NCBI RefSeq assembly: GCF_009914755.1
Contig: NC_060926.1
DNA length: 64,000 nucleotides
Direction: 5' to 3' (one strand)
Source of the DNA: the human T2T-CHM13v2.0 reference genome, Homo sapiens
Numbering within the stretch: position 1 is the stretch's first letter; each line of letters starts with the position of its first letter. Below, piece after piece: positions 43,218 to 57,169 of this stretch. The notes under the pieces were generated by a model. It ran no database searches, was not told the origin of the DNA, and saw nothing but the letters and a program-made list of their open reading frames with translations. A program made the translations under genes and the position numbers.

Positions 43218-43574
43218 TGCATTAGTCTGTTCTCACATTGCTAACAAAGACATACCCAAGACTGGGTAATTTATAAAGGAAAGAGGTTTAATTGACTCAC
43301 AGTTCCACATGGCTGGGGAGACCGCACAATCATGTTGGAAGATGAAGGAAGAACGAAGAGATGTTTTACATGGTGGCAGGCAAGAGAGCTTGTGCAAGGG
43401 AACTCCTCTTTATAAAACCATCGGAACTTGTGAGACTTACTCACTACCACGAGAAAAGTATGAGGGAAACCACCGCCTTGATTCAATTATCTCCACCTGG
43501 TCCTGCCCTTGACACATGGGGATTTATTAAAATTCAAGGTGAGACTTGGGTGGGGATACAGCCAAACCATATCA
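43218..43574 (-). mobile_element. THE1B/THE1C-like MaLR solo LTR
   Basis: Antisense THE1 ending CAGCCAAACCATATCA; perfect TSD CTGTT (43213-43217 / 43575-43579). Confidence 0.95.
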
Positions 43575-45670
43575 CTGTTGCTTTTGCTATTTTTTTCTCC
43601 CAGATTGTCTACTAAAAAATCATTGCCCCTTAAAGAGAAGCCACATTTGCAGCGTGGCTCTACATATTCCCATCACGCCAACAAGGTACAGTTCAGATGG
43701 AGAAGCATCTGATGCACTTGACAGGTGCATTTTGATGGGAGATCAAGGAATATGGTGGCATTTCCCAGGGATAATTGAGCCCTATGGGGTGCCACACTCG
43801 AGGGCTCTGTACACTCAAGACAGAGATCAAGAGCCCTGAGATTCTAAAAAAGAGGAAACAGCACAGAAGTGGAGGGTAAAGTGGGTTAGTGTGACGTGCA
43901 GAGCAAAAATATTTTTTCTCTCCTTTATTTATTTTTATCTTATTATTAAAATGTTTTTTATTTAATGTATTAGTTTTGCTGCTGTTAAGGGGTAATTGTG
44001 AAGTGGTTGGCAGGGACCTCCTCCCTATGTCTGCTGGGTTCTTCCACGTGGAGGGGCTTTGTTATTATAACATTTCCACCTTGCTCCTTCCCCAGGGGAG
44101 GAAAGCTCTTACTGATGAGGTGAAGAGAGGGACTGGGCATTTGTAAACATGGCTCTTCCTCTCCCTTTGTTTTCCAGAGCCAGCTGTGCCCAGAAGCATG
44201 AGTTCTGGTCTGTTCCGCCTTGTTCTAAGTTTTACAGTGGCCTGCGTGGGGCTACCTATGATGGTCCAGCCTTCCTGTGACCAGTAGGTCCAGCTGAGGT
44301 TGGGGTTCAGTTTGACAAAGCTCACTTGCCCCCAGGTATATGCTGCATTCCTCAAAATCAGCATTATTGAAAATTAAAATAGCATTTTCGTTTCCCATCT
44401 GCCTTACTTTTCACTTAGTTCAAAACTCAGGTGAGGAGATTATTGCCTATTGGGCCTCTCTCAAACTCCATATTTATTATGCAGTGCCAGAGACCTTGAG
44501 AAAGAAAGACTGGAATCTGTGGACCAAAATGTAGGTGAGTTTGAGGCACATAGCTTTGGATCTTGAACTTCAGTGTGCAATGTTCAAGTGGATGTCTAGA
44601 CTTTGCGATTTCAGACTTATATTGGGCCATGAGGTTGGATGAAACCTGAGTTTGCAATAGGCCTTTGACTCTTGATACTTGGTGGGTAGGTGTAAGTTGA
44701 GTTGTGTATTAGTCAGGACTCTAGGCTTGGCAGCTCACTGCAGCTAGATGATGGCCATGTCCACAGGCAAATTGCCGTCTTAATAGAGTCAGGGCTGTGG
44801 ATGTTAGGCCTGAAGTAAGTAGCTTGCAGGCCTTACTTGCTTGAAGCAAATTTGAACTCTTCAGCAGAGGCACAGGCCTCAGGGACCAGATCAGATGCTC
44901 GCTAGGAAGGAATAGGGCTATAACTTGACTTATAAAGATATATAGTCCTTTTCTTAAGCTTTTCTTAAGGTGGTATAGCTGAGACAACGATCTGTTATAG
45001 ACCAAAAAAAAAAGTGTACCTTTCTACATATGGGCCTTTCAGGCCTTAGTGAATAGAAAAGTATATGCCATTTTTTAGAAGGCAAGGCCAGCTAGTTTTT
45101 CATGCCCTATGATGCATTCATTAGTGAGAATCAAGCTCCAACTTCTAGCTCTGGGCCTAGGAAGCTGTATCAGTTGCCCCAAATTCCATTCTGTTTCTAG
45201 AGCCAAGGAGGGAATTATGGCAGAATCAATCTTTCTGCCATGTGGCTTCACAGATTGGGGAGTTGGGAAATACTTCAAATCAAAGAAATATACAAGGAAA
45301 AAAAGGTACTTATTCCAGAAGACAGCACCTGTGTTAGAGAAGGGAGAAGGCCATCCACCTTAGCAGGCAGGTTAAACCTTTATCATTTTGTCTGAATCTT
45401 TCTGAGGGAAGCATGGAAAGAGCAGAAGAAAATCAAACCAGAAAGGCATGTCTGTCTTCTGCACATGTGTGTGACATACTGAACAGAAGCTGGGTCTCAG
45501 GGCACACGTGCTGCCCAGCTTGAAGCTTCAGAAGCATCAAGAGCAATTTGAGTTCAGGGATCAGGAGGCAGCCTTTCCCCAGCTGAAACACATTGCAGGG
45601 TGAGACGAGCCTTCCCTCAGAGGTGGTTTCGTACAACATAGTGAGAGAAGCCTAGGATGAAAGTGCCCAC

Positions 45671-45865
45671 TGATACAGGTGGAATTTTATTCTCCCTCCT
45701 GAATGTGTATGTTGAAGTGCTAATGCCAAGTACCTCAGAATGTGACCTTATTTGAATATAAGGTCCTTATGGTGGTAATTAAGGTAAAATTAGATCATTG
45801 CGGGGGGTGTCTCTAATCCACCATGATGGCATCCTAATAAAAAGGGAGGAATTTTGAGACAGACA

Positions 45866-45910
<45 letters not shown>

Positions 45911-46132
45911 GGAGATGGCCATGAACGTGAAAATGGCCACCTATAAGCCAAGGAAGAGCCTGGAACAGATCCTTCCCTCACAGACCTAAGAAGGAACCAG
46001 CGCTGCCAACCAGGACTGCCAAGTCCTTTGATATAGGACTTCTAGCCCTCAGAACTTTGAGACAATGCATTTTTGTTGAGTAAGCACCCAGTTTGTAGTG
46101 CTTTGTTACAGTGGCCCTGGCAGACAAATACA
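45671..46132 (+). mobile_element. MLT1B-like MaLR solo LTR
   Basis: TG...CA termini, TACCTCAGAATGTGACCTTATTTG, GGAACAGATCCTTCCCTCACAG; TSD CCCAC / CCCCC (1 mismatch). Confidence 0.9.
45857..45909. repeat. (GACA)n(CA)~17 microsatellite inside MLT1B
   Basis: Uninterrupted CA run at ~45868-45901. Confidence 0.97.
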
Positions 46133-48679
46133 CCCCCTCACAAGGGTATACAGACGTTAGGCCCTGGATAGAGCCCATACTCCATCTGGTCCTTGGGAGC
46201 CAGGGGCATGAGGCTTACCAGAGAAATAAGAATTAAGAGGTTTTGGATTAAATCAATAAAGAAAATAAATGCAAATTAAATCTTGTGATTGGAGCTTATA
46301 CCATTGCAAATTTCTGGTCTTTGCAAGAAGGTAGCAGTTTTTAATATTGCCCTTTGAATGGGTTTGTAGACAGATTTCCTCCTGGGTAAGGTAAGTGCAC
46401 AGTACTTAGGTTACTTACATATCTCCGAGTACTTAAGTATCTAATTAGTAAGTACTTAGTGTCTCAGAGTACTTAGGTATGTCTGCTGAGAAGCTTCTCT
46501 TAATTTATTTTAAGTTCACAGATCATGTACTCTGGCTGGTCACTAAGACTGAAAACCACTATGGAGAAGCTAAAACCCAAGATGTTCTCTTTCTACCATT
46601 GTTTTGAACTTCAATTATTATTCTCACTAATAACTTTACTGCAAGGTGACTTAAGGTTTTCATAAAAATTAATAATGAAAGAGGATTTATATTCAAGTTT
46701 GGGGCATCTAATATTGACATTTTAATATCGAAAAATACTTATGAGCTCTTCAACAATCTCTAATCTCTAGGCTTACTTGTAGGTGGCTGGACATAATTTG
46801 GGATCAGAAATATAATAGGATGTGAAATTTTAGCCTTGAGCAACAAATGACCATGGGTTTTGATTTGAACAATACACTGTTCTAAAACCCAATACCCATC
46901 CTAAAACTTTCTGGGGGAAATCTGGACCACTCCCAGAGGTCCAATTAGGGTAACCAACATCAGGTATTGGTACTGGGAAGTGGACTCCTGGAACAGCCTC
47001 GCTCTTTAGACCACACAGCACTAGGAGTAAGCCAGCCTGTCTAGATTTTTCAGAAAGCACCATTTAAAAAGCCAGGAGCAAATTCCATTAGAAGAGACTG
47101 TCTTAAAGTGACTCTATTACTGGAAGACAATTAGATTAGAAATGCTTCTCTAATCTTCTCCATGAAACAGTGGTAACACTCTTCCCAGGAAGCCAAATTG
47201 ACTCTGTCACCCTTCTCCTTGTGCAGCAGCTGTTTAAATTCACAGCCAGTTTTTAAAGAAGAGTTATAAGACACTCAGAATTGCCTGTGATCGATAGAAG
47301 GGGAGATGAGCCACATCTCTGGAATTGCTGTGCCTGAATTGAAGCACACCTCAAGAAATGTACAAAACCTCATTTCATGCAAAGTCAACTGTCCTTACTA
47401 TCCTCCAAACCAATTTTCTTCTGTTTTCAAGTGTTCGGCTCAAACAGACATGCTGAAGTCTGCTGGAGCTCTGCCTGCTGATTACGAAAAGTCCTCTGTT
47501 TGCACCAGCCTGCATAGGAGAGAGTGACAATCCACCTGAAGTCAATTGACAAATGACATAGAGCTATCCCTGTTTCTAAATTTGACCAATACCACTCAGC
47601 AGAGCCATCAAAAGAGGCATATGAAATGCTCATGTAAAGCTGGTCTGCCCCTGTGGTGGCTCTCCCCCGACAGAGATGGCCAACGTTGAATAGATATGCA
47701 TTACATCAATGTCACTTTCCAGTGCAGGACTGCAACAGAACCTGTGTCTCAGAAACATGCAAAGTGTGGATGTTTTTATGTCTGAAGTTGATAGGGTTGA
47801 GCATAAATATAAGGGAAGGTGAAAGAATATAAAGAGAATGCCATCAGCTTCCAGTGTGGCCAGTTCAAACCCTTGCCTCAGCATAGTAAAAGCAAACATG
47901 TACAGGAGTAAAATCAGCAATAAATTACAATTCAAAAACGAGCCCATGAAAATCTGTGTGAGTCCTTCAATTATAACGGTATAACAGAAAATAAATGGGG
48001 CAAGCATATACAAATTTGCAAGAAACCATGATTGTCATGACAAGTCAATTCTGCAGCTGGGGCTCCAGCATCAGTCTAACCACCCAAAACGAAGTGCAAT
48101 AATGATTTCACTAGCTCTGAATCCTGGTCTGAATTATCTTCCAATCATTGTGATCATCTCACCGAAAGAAAGGTAATAAAATAATGAAATGCCTAAGAAA
48201 TGTTCTTTTTCAACTTTAAGGAGAAAGATTGTGAAGCAACCATTCTGGGCATCTTATTTATAAACAGAGATGTTTGGGGTTTTTTAGTCCAAAAAAGGTA
48301 AATTTAGAAAATAAAAAAGTGAATGACAGAAAAAAATTATCCATTTGCAATACTCTATGATTAACATTTGTGTGAACTTCCATTTTCTCATATGCATGGA
48401 AAATCTAGTGCATATGCTGGTAGTAATGTAATATACAATATCATTTGTATTTTTGTTTTTTTACCTAACAGTATATTATTAGCATTTTTAATTTTTCCAT
48501 GTTGTCTTCCTAGCCATCATTTTTAATGGTTGCATAGCACTCCTCTATAAATATGTCTAATTCCCCTCCTATACTGGATAGTTTCTTCTTCTTTCTTCAT
48601 CATTTTTCCATTGACACTTACAGAGCTGATAAATTTAATAAAAACAGGCATGCATATACACCAGTTAGTAAATGAGATT

Positions 48680-48880
48680 TACTATCCTAAGCACTTCACA
48701 TATACTAACTCATGTAATACAGTGGGCGGTGGGGGGACTGTGAAGTGGAGGGTTTTTATTTCCATTTTACAATGAAGAAACTGAGGCACAGAGAATACAC
48801 CCAGCTTCTGTAGCAAACCAGAGTTTCTGACCCAGACGATCTGGCCCTTGAGTCTATGTTTTCAATTATGACTCTTTACT
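48680..48880 (-). mobile_element. MIR, flanked by decayed antisense L1M pieces
   Basis: CTAAGCACTTCACAT...TCCATTTTACAATGAAGAAACTGAGGCACAGAGA. Confidence 0.85.
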
Positions 48881-49709
48881 ACCTCTGGACATGAAGTCTT
48901 TATCCCCTCACTTAGGATTGTTTTTCTTAAGATACACTTTCTTTTCTGAGAAGGAAAATAAGTGAACCAGGAAGTAAGAGCACTTCAAAGATTCCCAAAA
49001 TGTAATTGCTGAATTGCTTCCCAAACCCGTTACAAATATTGTACCTGTCATTTTCTCCTAAGTCGATACATTGTGAAGTCATCATATTCTGTTTCTAAAG
49101 CTTCAAGACTGTTTTATCTTCAGCAGATTTTTTAGTCAATAAAACACGATTCCTCATATTTCCTGTTAGATATTTCCCTCATAATTAACCCTTTTTGTCA
49201 ATTTTCATGCTATTAGCTTCAATTGGTTTTTTGGTTGTGTTTGTATTTGCCTATTACATGGTTGTCCATCCCTTCACTTTAATTCTCCAGTATCTTTTTG
49301 TTTTCAGTGTATTTCTTATAGGAAGGTAATTGCTGACTTGATTTTCATAGTCTGACAAATTCATAGTCTTTCCATTAATACACTACTGGTATCCTTCAGA
49401 CTATTGAGTATATATTTATAATAAAAAGGCATTGAAAAATTGAATAATTTTCTACTACTCTCATCATTTGGATACCTGAGTTTTACTTGCTTCTTAACAT
49501 TAATTTGTAACTTTTTAAATGTTCTGGATCATTTTAAGTAGCATGAGAATGATCAACTGACTGAATATCTAAATGCAAAATTAAACTTTCCAGATCCAGA
49601 ATAATTTGGGGAAAGGGAAGAAGACTTTTTTATAATGATTTTCAGTTTCCTTCATAGTTACAGGTCAATTCAGATTTTAAAAATTTCTTCTGAAGCAATT
49701 TTACAATAG

Positions 49710-50171
<462 letters not shown>

Positions 50172-50380
50172 AGCACTGGGACTTTAAATTAGTTCATATA
50201 GTTCAATATTTATTTTATTTTATTTATTTACATACTTAATTTCTGTCTTGATCTTTGTAAACAATTTTTTCCTTTTATGAATGTGCTGTTTCTGCTTTTC
50301 TTAGCCTCTTGAACTTAAAATTTTATTTCCCTTTAATTCTTCTTTATTTTATCTGGTTAAATAATAAAAGCTTCCATCAC

Positions 50381-50747
50381 TGATGTGGGTTGACTGTCCC
50401 CACTCAAATCTCATCCCAAATTGTAAACCAAATTGTAATCCCCACGTGTCAGGGGAAGGACCTGGTGGGAGGTGATTGGATCATGGGGGTGGTTTCCCCC
50501 ATGCTGTTCTCATGAAAGTGAGTGAGTTCTCACAAGATCTGATGGTTTTATAAGGGGTGGTTTCCCCTCCTCGCTCTCTCTCCTGCTGCCTTGTGAAGAA
50601 GGTGCCTGCTTCCCCTTCTGCCATGATTATAAGTTTCCTGAGGTCTCCCCAGCCATGCAGAACTGTGAGTCAATTAAGCCTCCTTTATTTATAAATTACC
50701 CAATCTCCCATAGTGTCTTTACAGCAGTGTGAAAATGGACTAATACA
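50381..50747 (+). mobile_element. THE1D-like MaLR solo LTR
   Basis: TG...GGACTAATACA; TSD ATCAC / GTCAC; internal CCAAATTGTAA duplication. Confidence 0.93.
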
Positions 50748-50805
50748 GTCACACTTCACAAATATTGATAAGTATTAAGATTATAATCTTTATTTTTAAA
50801 ACGGT

Positions 50806-51348
50806 GTAATGTAGCATAAAATACATTCACAAATTTTGTGACACTCTCTTCAAAAGGGGCCACCTAATTTACTTCCTAAGTGTGGGCTGTTCTCAGCAAC
50901 CCACCATGAATAGAATAAGATGAAAGTGACCATGTATACTTAGATTAGGTCATAAAAAATATAGACGCTTCCTCCTCTCTCTATGGATCACTTGTTCTAG
51001 GGAAAACCAGCTGCCGTGTTTCATACAGCCTTATGGAGAAGTACTAGACTAGGCCCTATGGCTATATTCTGAGGTGTCCTGCCAACAGCAGTCTGTTGCA
51101 TGAGCTATCTGTTGATCCCAAGTGCACCATCTTGGAAGTGGAAGTTCCAGTTCCAGTTCCAGTCAAGCCTTCAGATGAGCATGGCCTTAGCTGACATCTT
51201 GACTGCAACTTCAGGAGAAACCCTGAAGTAGAACCACCCATCTAAGCTGCTCCTAAATTCTGCCCCACAGAAACTGAGAGATAATAAATGTTTGTTGTTT
51301 TAGTCTTGAAATTTTAGGGCAATTTGTTATACAGTAGGAAATAATACA
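50806..51348 (+). mobile_element. MLT1F-like MaLR solo LTR
   Basis: CCATCTTGGAAGTGGA...CCAGTCAAGCCTTCAGATGA...AGAACCACCCATCTAAGCTGCTCC...CCCACAGAAACTGAGAGATAATAAATG. Confidence 0.88.
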
Positions 51349-51349
51349 T

Positions 51350-52450
51350 CAAATATCACAGTTTTTTATTTTTTTCTTTGACCCTGAATTTGAGTTGCTT
51401 TCACTCTACATCATTGTATTTATTTTTGTCGTGGTTCTGGTTGTAACCTTTCTAAGGCCTTTGCAATTAGAAAGTGGAGTTTATACAATTTCAGCTATTT
51501 AGGACTTATTAAGATTTTATTTGTAGCTTAATATATCACTAAATTTTGTAAATATAGCGTAGATGTTGAAAAGAAGTGATGTGACTCTATATCTATGGCA
51601 CGAATCTGATAAATCAATCTGATAAAGTGTATTAGTCAAATCTTATATAATCTCATTTATGTTTTATTTACTTCATCTTTAATAACTGAGGATGATATGG
51701 TAAAATCTTTCATCCCTATGGTATTTCTGTTCATTTTATCTTAATTTTGAACAAATTTTTATGTATGCATTTTAGTGAGAGTTTTTTTGTTAAATAGTTT
51801 CTTAGTCATTATATATTTATCATAAATTTAATCGTTTAGTTTTATCAGAGCCTTTTTAAAAACTAGTTTAACGAAATCTTCCTGTAGATCTTTATTATAT
51901 TTATTGCATTCCTAATATTAATACTGTAGTGCTCTACTTTCTTTTTAGATTTTGCTGATATAGCTTTCTTCATTTTTAACATTTAACCTTTCAATCTCTG
52001 TTATGAGTTGATCTTTTGTACCCAGAACTTAATTGCTATTCTTTGATCTGAAAGACTTTGACTTTTAATTGGGGAATTTAATTAATTTACTTTTTAAATT
52101 ATAATCATTTGGTTCTGAGCTTTTCTTTTCTTCTTTAATTTTTCACTGATATCTTTTGCCCTTGTCTTTTAATGTGTAAAATCTGTTGTTGGTGGTGGTG
52201 ATGGTTGGTTTGCTTAAATTAAGCAGTATTTTTGAAGGTGATTATGCCAGTGATAATTTTAACAGTTCCCTGTAAGTTTTTCAGGAGTACTCCTCAACTT
52301 ATATGTATGTAAATACCAAAGACTAAAATGAAATGTTCATTTTGGTCTCTTACATGAGATGAACTTTATATGAGAGTGTACTTTTACTCTCCTTCATCTG
52401 TTAATCTATTTGAAGTTTTGGATCAAGAATATCATATTTGTTTCATGACA
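51350..52450 (-). mobile_element. Highly decayed L1M remnant
   Basis: T-rich antisense L1-like text (GTTGAAAAGAAG; TAATATTAATACTGTAGTGCTCTACTTTCTTTT). Confidence 0.55.
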
Positions 52451-53254
52451 TGGAATCATACTGTGCCCCAAGATGAGGTTTTTCAGAGATTTTCTTAACT
52501 CACACTCTTCCTTCAAATGAGTATCACTTCTTTTTAGATTCTAACTTTCAGTATTAGATTCTTAAAAGTTGCTATTTTATTTTTCACATATCATCAGGGA
52601 TTCTGAGGAAAATTTGCACTGGAGACTGCTAGTGAGAGTTCATTTTAGACTAGATATCTACGCTAGAACTTAAAATATAATAAAAAAAAAACTTTAAAAA
52701 AAGACTATCCCAACCTCCTCTGCTTTCTTCAAATGTCCGTCCTCTGCTCTCACATCCCCATTCACTCTTAGCAGATAAAGTCATCTCCTACTTCACACAG
52801 AAAGGAGAAGTAAACAGACAGGAATGTCCACTCTTTCTTGTAACCATATTGATCCTTTTGTTTTCTCATGCTTCTTTTTCATTCTATCCTTGCAATAAAG
52901 TGATGTTTTGTTTGCATTTATCTTCTGCAAAAATAAAATTAAAAGTAACTCCAACTGGTAGGTCCCATTAAAATTTCTCAAAGTAACTAACATTATATCA
53001 CATGTATCTAATATATATTACAAAACTGAGTTAACATCCATTATCAAATAAAAACATTAAGTGTTTTAAAATATACTATATACATAATATCATAGATAGA
53101 TAATAAAACAATAAATTTTGATATCCATTCCCAAATAAAATAACTTTAACGATTTTGGTACTTCTGACTTGGGTTTATATAATCCCATAATTTTAAAAAT
53201 TAAAAATAAATAATTATTCTCAAATGTAAACATTGCTTAGATATTAGATAAGTT

Positions 53255-53555
53255 TAAGAAATTACTCTAATTTCGTGGTGTGATTTTTCCACTGTGGTTA
53301 TGTTTGCCTTAAAAGTCCTTATCTTTTTAGATATGCCTATTGAAATAATTATTAATGAAAGTATATGGTCTTCAATTTGCTTTTAAGTAATCCAGTGATT
53401 GGTGGAGTAGGAGGCTGTTAGAGAGACAGGGTTGGGATATAGAGGAAACAAACTTGGTCCTGGATTAGCAACTGTTGAAGCTGAGTGGTGTGTATATGGG
53501 AGTTCATTATGCTTTTTTCTTTTTGTATGTTTTTGAAATGATCACTTTAACAAAA
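53255..53555 (+). mobile_element. L1MC-like 3' UTR end
   Basis: AAAAGTCCTTATCTTTTTAGAT...ACTGTTGAAGCTGAGTGGTGTGTATATGGGAGTTCATTAT. Confidence 0.75.
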
Positions 53556-55230
53556 TTTTAATTGCTACAATTGTATAAAGACATATGAAGCTGATTTTAA
53601 CAATCACTGCCAGTCTCTGTTACAACTTCCTTTCCATTTTTCTAATGATGTGGGAATAAGTATATCTTTTGGGATAGCCTTTTTCAGGAATTACTATGGG
53701 TAGTATGTTTTCAGGGAAGAAGAATAAGATATATTTATGAAAGCTAAATATGAGAATATATCTATTGTCTTCATTTGGCCTGGATATTCTTGAACCCAAA
53801 GAAATTTTATGCTGGCATCTGCCTAACTACAAGTACCTGCCACTAAAATACATTTGGCTTACTAAAGTATGTGTGACTTGATATAATTTTTTGATTTACA
53901 AGTAATAGAAACTACTTCAGCTCTGATGATTTCTTTGAACAGTGGTAAACACTATGAGTTTCTAAATCAAGTCTTATGAATCACAAAAGCATAAACACTG
54001 TGATTTAGAGTAAGCAGGGGAGTTATAGGAGAACACTTATTCCTGTTTGTATCCCTTGCTTACTGAACTAAAGCCGGTTGACATTTTTTCCTGTGGTATT
54101 ACTAAGACTTTCTTCTGCTACCCACAAATCCTAATGCTTTGGTTGAGTTGACCGACACTAAGAGGGGAACAGTATTGTGAAATGAATAAATTATACTTCT
54201 TTATCGCCTCATTCTATAAAATCTTAGAAATTGTAGGATTTTTATTTTTTACCACTGTCCTATGTTAGTTTCAGTTTTTCTATGAAAAGTTGCAAAAATT
54301 ATGTGTCTGTGTATTGTTGGTGTTTTCAATATAAATCTAACAAGAAAGCTTGTGTTGAGTCCTACTGCACACATACATCTATTAATCCATTCTTTTATTC
54401 AAACAAGTTTATTGAGTGCTTAGCACACTCAAGACAATGTGTTCAGCTTACAAATATTCTCCATCTGTGACTTCATGTAATTTCCATCTCAGAGCTAGTG
54501 GCTTTTTGGAGGGAAAATAAGAGGATAAACACTTAGCCTGACAGGTCATGATGGAATTAGTGTCTACTTCTCATAGGGTAAGAGAAGGAAACCCAAGTTT
54601 CTCCATCTCCCTGGCTCCAGGCTTAGGTATGGCAAATGACTTAGACTATTCATTTTTAATGTGGTGCCCATGGATTCTAGGAGGGGTCTATGTAGCCATT
54701 TTGTGTTTTGCACATTCTATCTATTCATAGAGACTTCCTCGGAGTCTCAGAATAGCTCATAATATTAAAAGGGTTAAAAGCCACTACCTTGCTAGACTAT
54801 GCTAATAAGACATGAATAAATATGATTCATAAATGATGATGTATTGATTTTTCTCATCCACACTATGGGGGAATTCTGGAAGACTGCTGGTGTGTTATAG
54901 GAGCAGACTACAAGGAGATCCATTTAGAATGATAAGTGGCTTGCAAGACAAAGACTTCCTCATCAGTCCTTTCTTGGCATGGCACATTTTCTCCTGCAGT
55001 TTAGAATCAATTATTAGAATTATTGATACCCATAGAAAATGAAAGAGATTTTGCTCATTCTAAAAAGCTGAATAATTCTTTTTTTGAGGTGACGATAGTC
55101 TGGTTTTAGTGCAATGGTCCCAGAGAATAATGGATGAGGTTTATTTCTCTTTTAAAGTTTAATACAGAACATCTATTTGATAGTTACTGAACTTAGTTTC
55201 TTCAGAGATGACTTGACATTACATAAAGCA

Positions 55231-55478
55231 TTATTTTATTTTATTTATTTCCATAGGTTTGTGGGGAACAGGTGGTGTTTGGTTACATGAGTAAGTTCTT
55301 TAGTGGTGATTTGTGAGCTTATGGTGCACACATCATCCGGAGCAGTAAACATTGTACCCAATTTGCAATCTTTTATCCTTCACCCACCTCCCACCCTTTC
55401 CCCCAAGTGCCTAAAGTCCATTGTACATTGTATCATCACTCTTAGGTCTTTGCATCCTCATAGCTTAGCTCTCACTCA
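55231..55478 (-). mobile_element. L1PB-like 3' end, 5'-truncated
   Basis: GGGGAACAGGTGGTGTTTGGTTACATGAGTAAGTTCTTTAGTGGTGATTTGTGAG...GCATCCTCATAGCTTAGCTC. Confidence 0.9.
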
Positions 55479-55859
55479 TTCTTAATGACACAGTAGTGGT
55501 TAAACAGAAAAAAAAAAAAAGACAAAGACTTTACAAATTGAAATGCAATGCCCTTGTTTCAAAATAGTCTAATGTCCATAAATGTCTTCTTAAAATAAAC
55601 ACTAAATACATGTTTGACACTTTAAACTTTGTATAACTTCAATACCACAAAATATGCAAATTATATTACGCAGACGTGGAAAAAGTGGGTTGTATATAAG
55701 CAACACTTTTCACTACTAACAATTTGATAATATGAAATGCACATATTGGCTTAGAAATCTAGTTTTGAGCTCAAAGAGTAACTTTGAAATATTACTCTAT
55801 TGTTACAATAGAAATAAAATAAAAATTACAGAATATCATTTAAAATGTTTTAAAATATC

Positions 55860-56710
55860 AGCTCCCTAGCACTGGGTTATAACCCAAAGCATAAAATAAA
55901 TATCCATGAGTTCTTACTAATATAAATAAGTTGTTGCATAAACAAATAAATAAATGAGGGAGAAGAGACAAATCTCCCATGGAAAATAATTTCATAAAAT
56001 TATGTAGATGCTCCGCCCTCAAGGAAGAGGAGTAACTCCCCACTCTGTATGGTGACTTTCTTCTGGAGAGCACAGAATGGAAAGAGAGAAGTTAAAAGGG
56101 TAACTTTACAGTGGAGAAACCTGGCAGACACTCATTCAGCAGGTGATCAAGGTCAACATCAAGAGTGAAAAGTCACATCGATAGAATGTACCCTTGCTGT
56201 GGCATGATGAAATGGCACTTTACTTGTGTGCTCTCCCTACCAAAACCTCATGGCTCCAGTCTAATCATGAGAAAAATATCAGACAAACCACAGTAGAGAT
56301 TTTACAAAACACATGATCAACACTCCTCAGACTCAGTTATCAAAATCAAGAAAAGTCTGAGTAACTGTCACGACCAAGAGAAATCTAAGGAGACATGATG
56401 ACTAAATGTAATATGGTATCCTGGATGATATCCCAGAACAAAAAAAAAAGAGAAGAACATTAGGCAAAAACTAAGGAAATTTGAATAAAGCATGGACTTC
56501 AGTTAATAACAGTATGCCAGTATGGATTCATTAATTGTGACAAATGTACCATACTAAATTAATATGTTAATAATAAGAGAAACTGGATATAGAGGAACTA
56601 TAAATAGTCCTGGAATACAACTGGAAATATAGGAGAGCTCTCTGTACCATATTTGTAATTTTTCTGTAAATCTAAAGCTATTCCACAAAATAAAGTTTAT
56701 TTTAAAAAAG
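55860..56710 (+). mobile_element. L1MC3-like 3' UTR
   Basis: GTAACTTTACAGTGGAGAAACCTGGCAGACAC...GTGATCAAGGTCAACATC...GACTAAATGTAATATGGTATCCTGGAT. Confidence 0.85.
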
Positions 56711-57169
56711 TCATCTGCTTAAAAATACTTTGTATATAAGAAATGTCAAACAAAAATTTGATCACGTACAAAATGGGAACATTCTATCAGTCTTCAGCAA
56801 TACTTTTCAGCAAAATCTTTAAAGAATTTTAATGACTATGTAAGCACTTCATCTTTCATATGCATGATTTTCTAAAGTCTTTCAAATAAGAGTCTAGATA
56901 GCAATTTCATAACTGTGCCTACCTACCCCATACTGGATTTCAGGTACTGCTGCCAACCCAGCCAACTCTGTGGGTGAGCTCCCAACCTTTATCTCCCAAC
57001 CTCAGTACTGTTGAAAGCTTGTGCCAATGATTTGTCAGTTGAGTGCATAAAGTCATGAAACAGGGATCCTTCCTGAAAAGCAACAAAAACTCAACAGTAT
57101 AAATAATCATGGCATTGATTTGAATTACATTTTCAGATAGGTTTACCTAGAAGGAACTGAGCAAGTAAA

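Noticed and set aside
47698-47711. ATTACATCA ATF4-C/EBP composite site
   Set aside because: The same 9-mer also occurs at ~10600 and ~37997, in or beside repeats; consistent with chance in AT-rich DNA.
47630-48013. 127-aa hydrophobic minus-strand ORF resembling a membrane protein
   Set aside because: Hydrophobicity follows from T-rich composition; non-ATG start, no family motif, no supporting gene structure.
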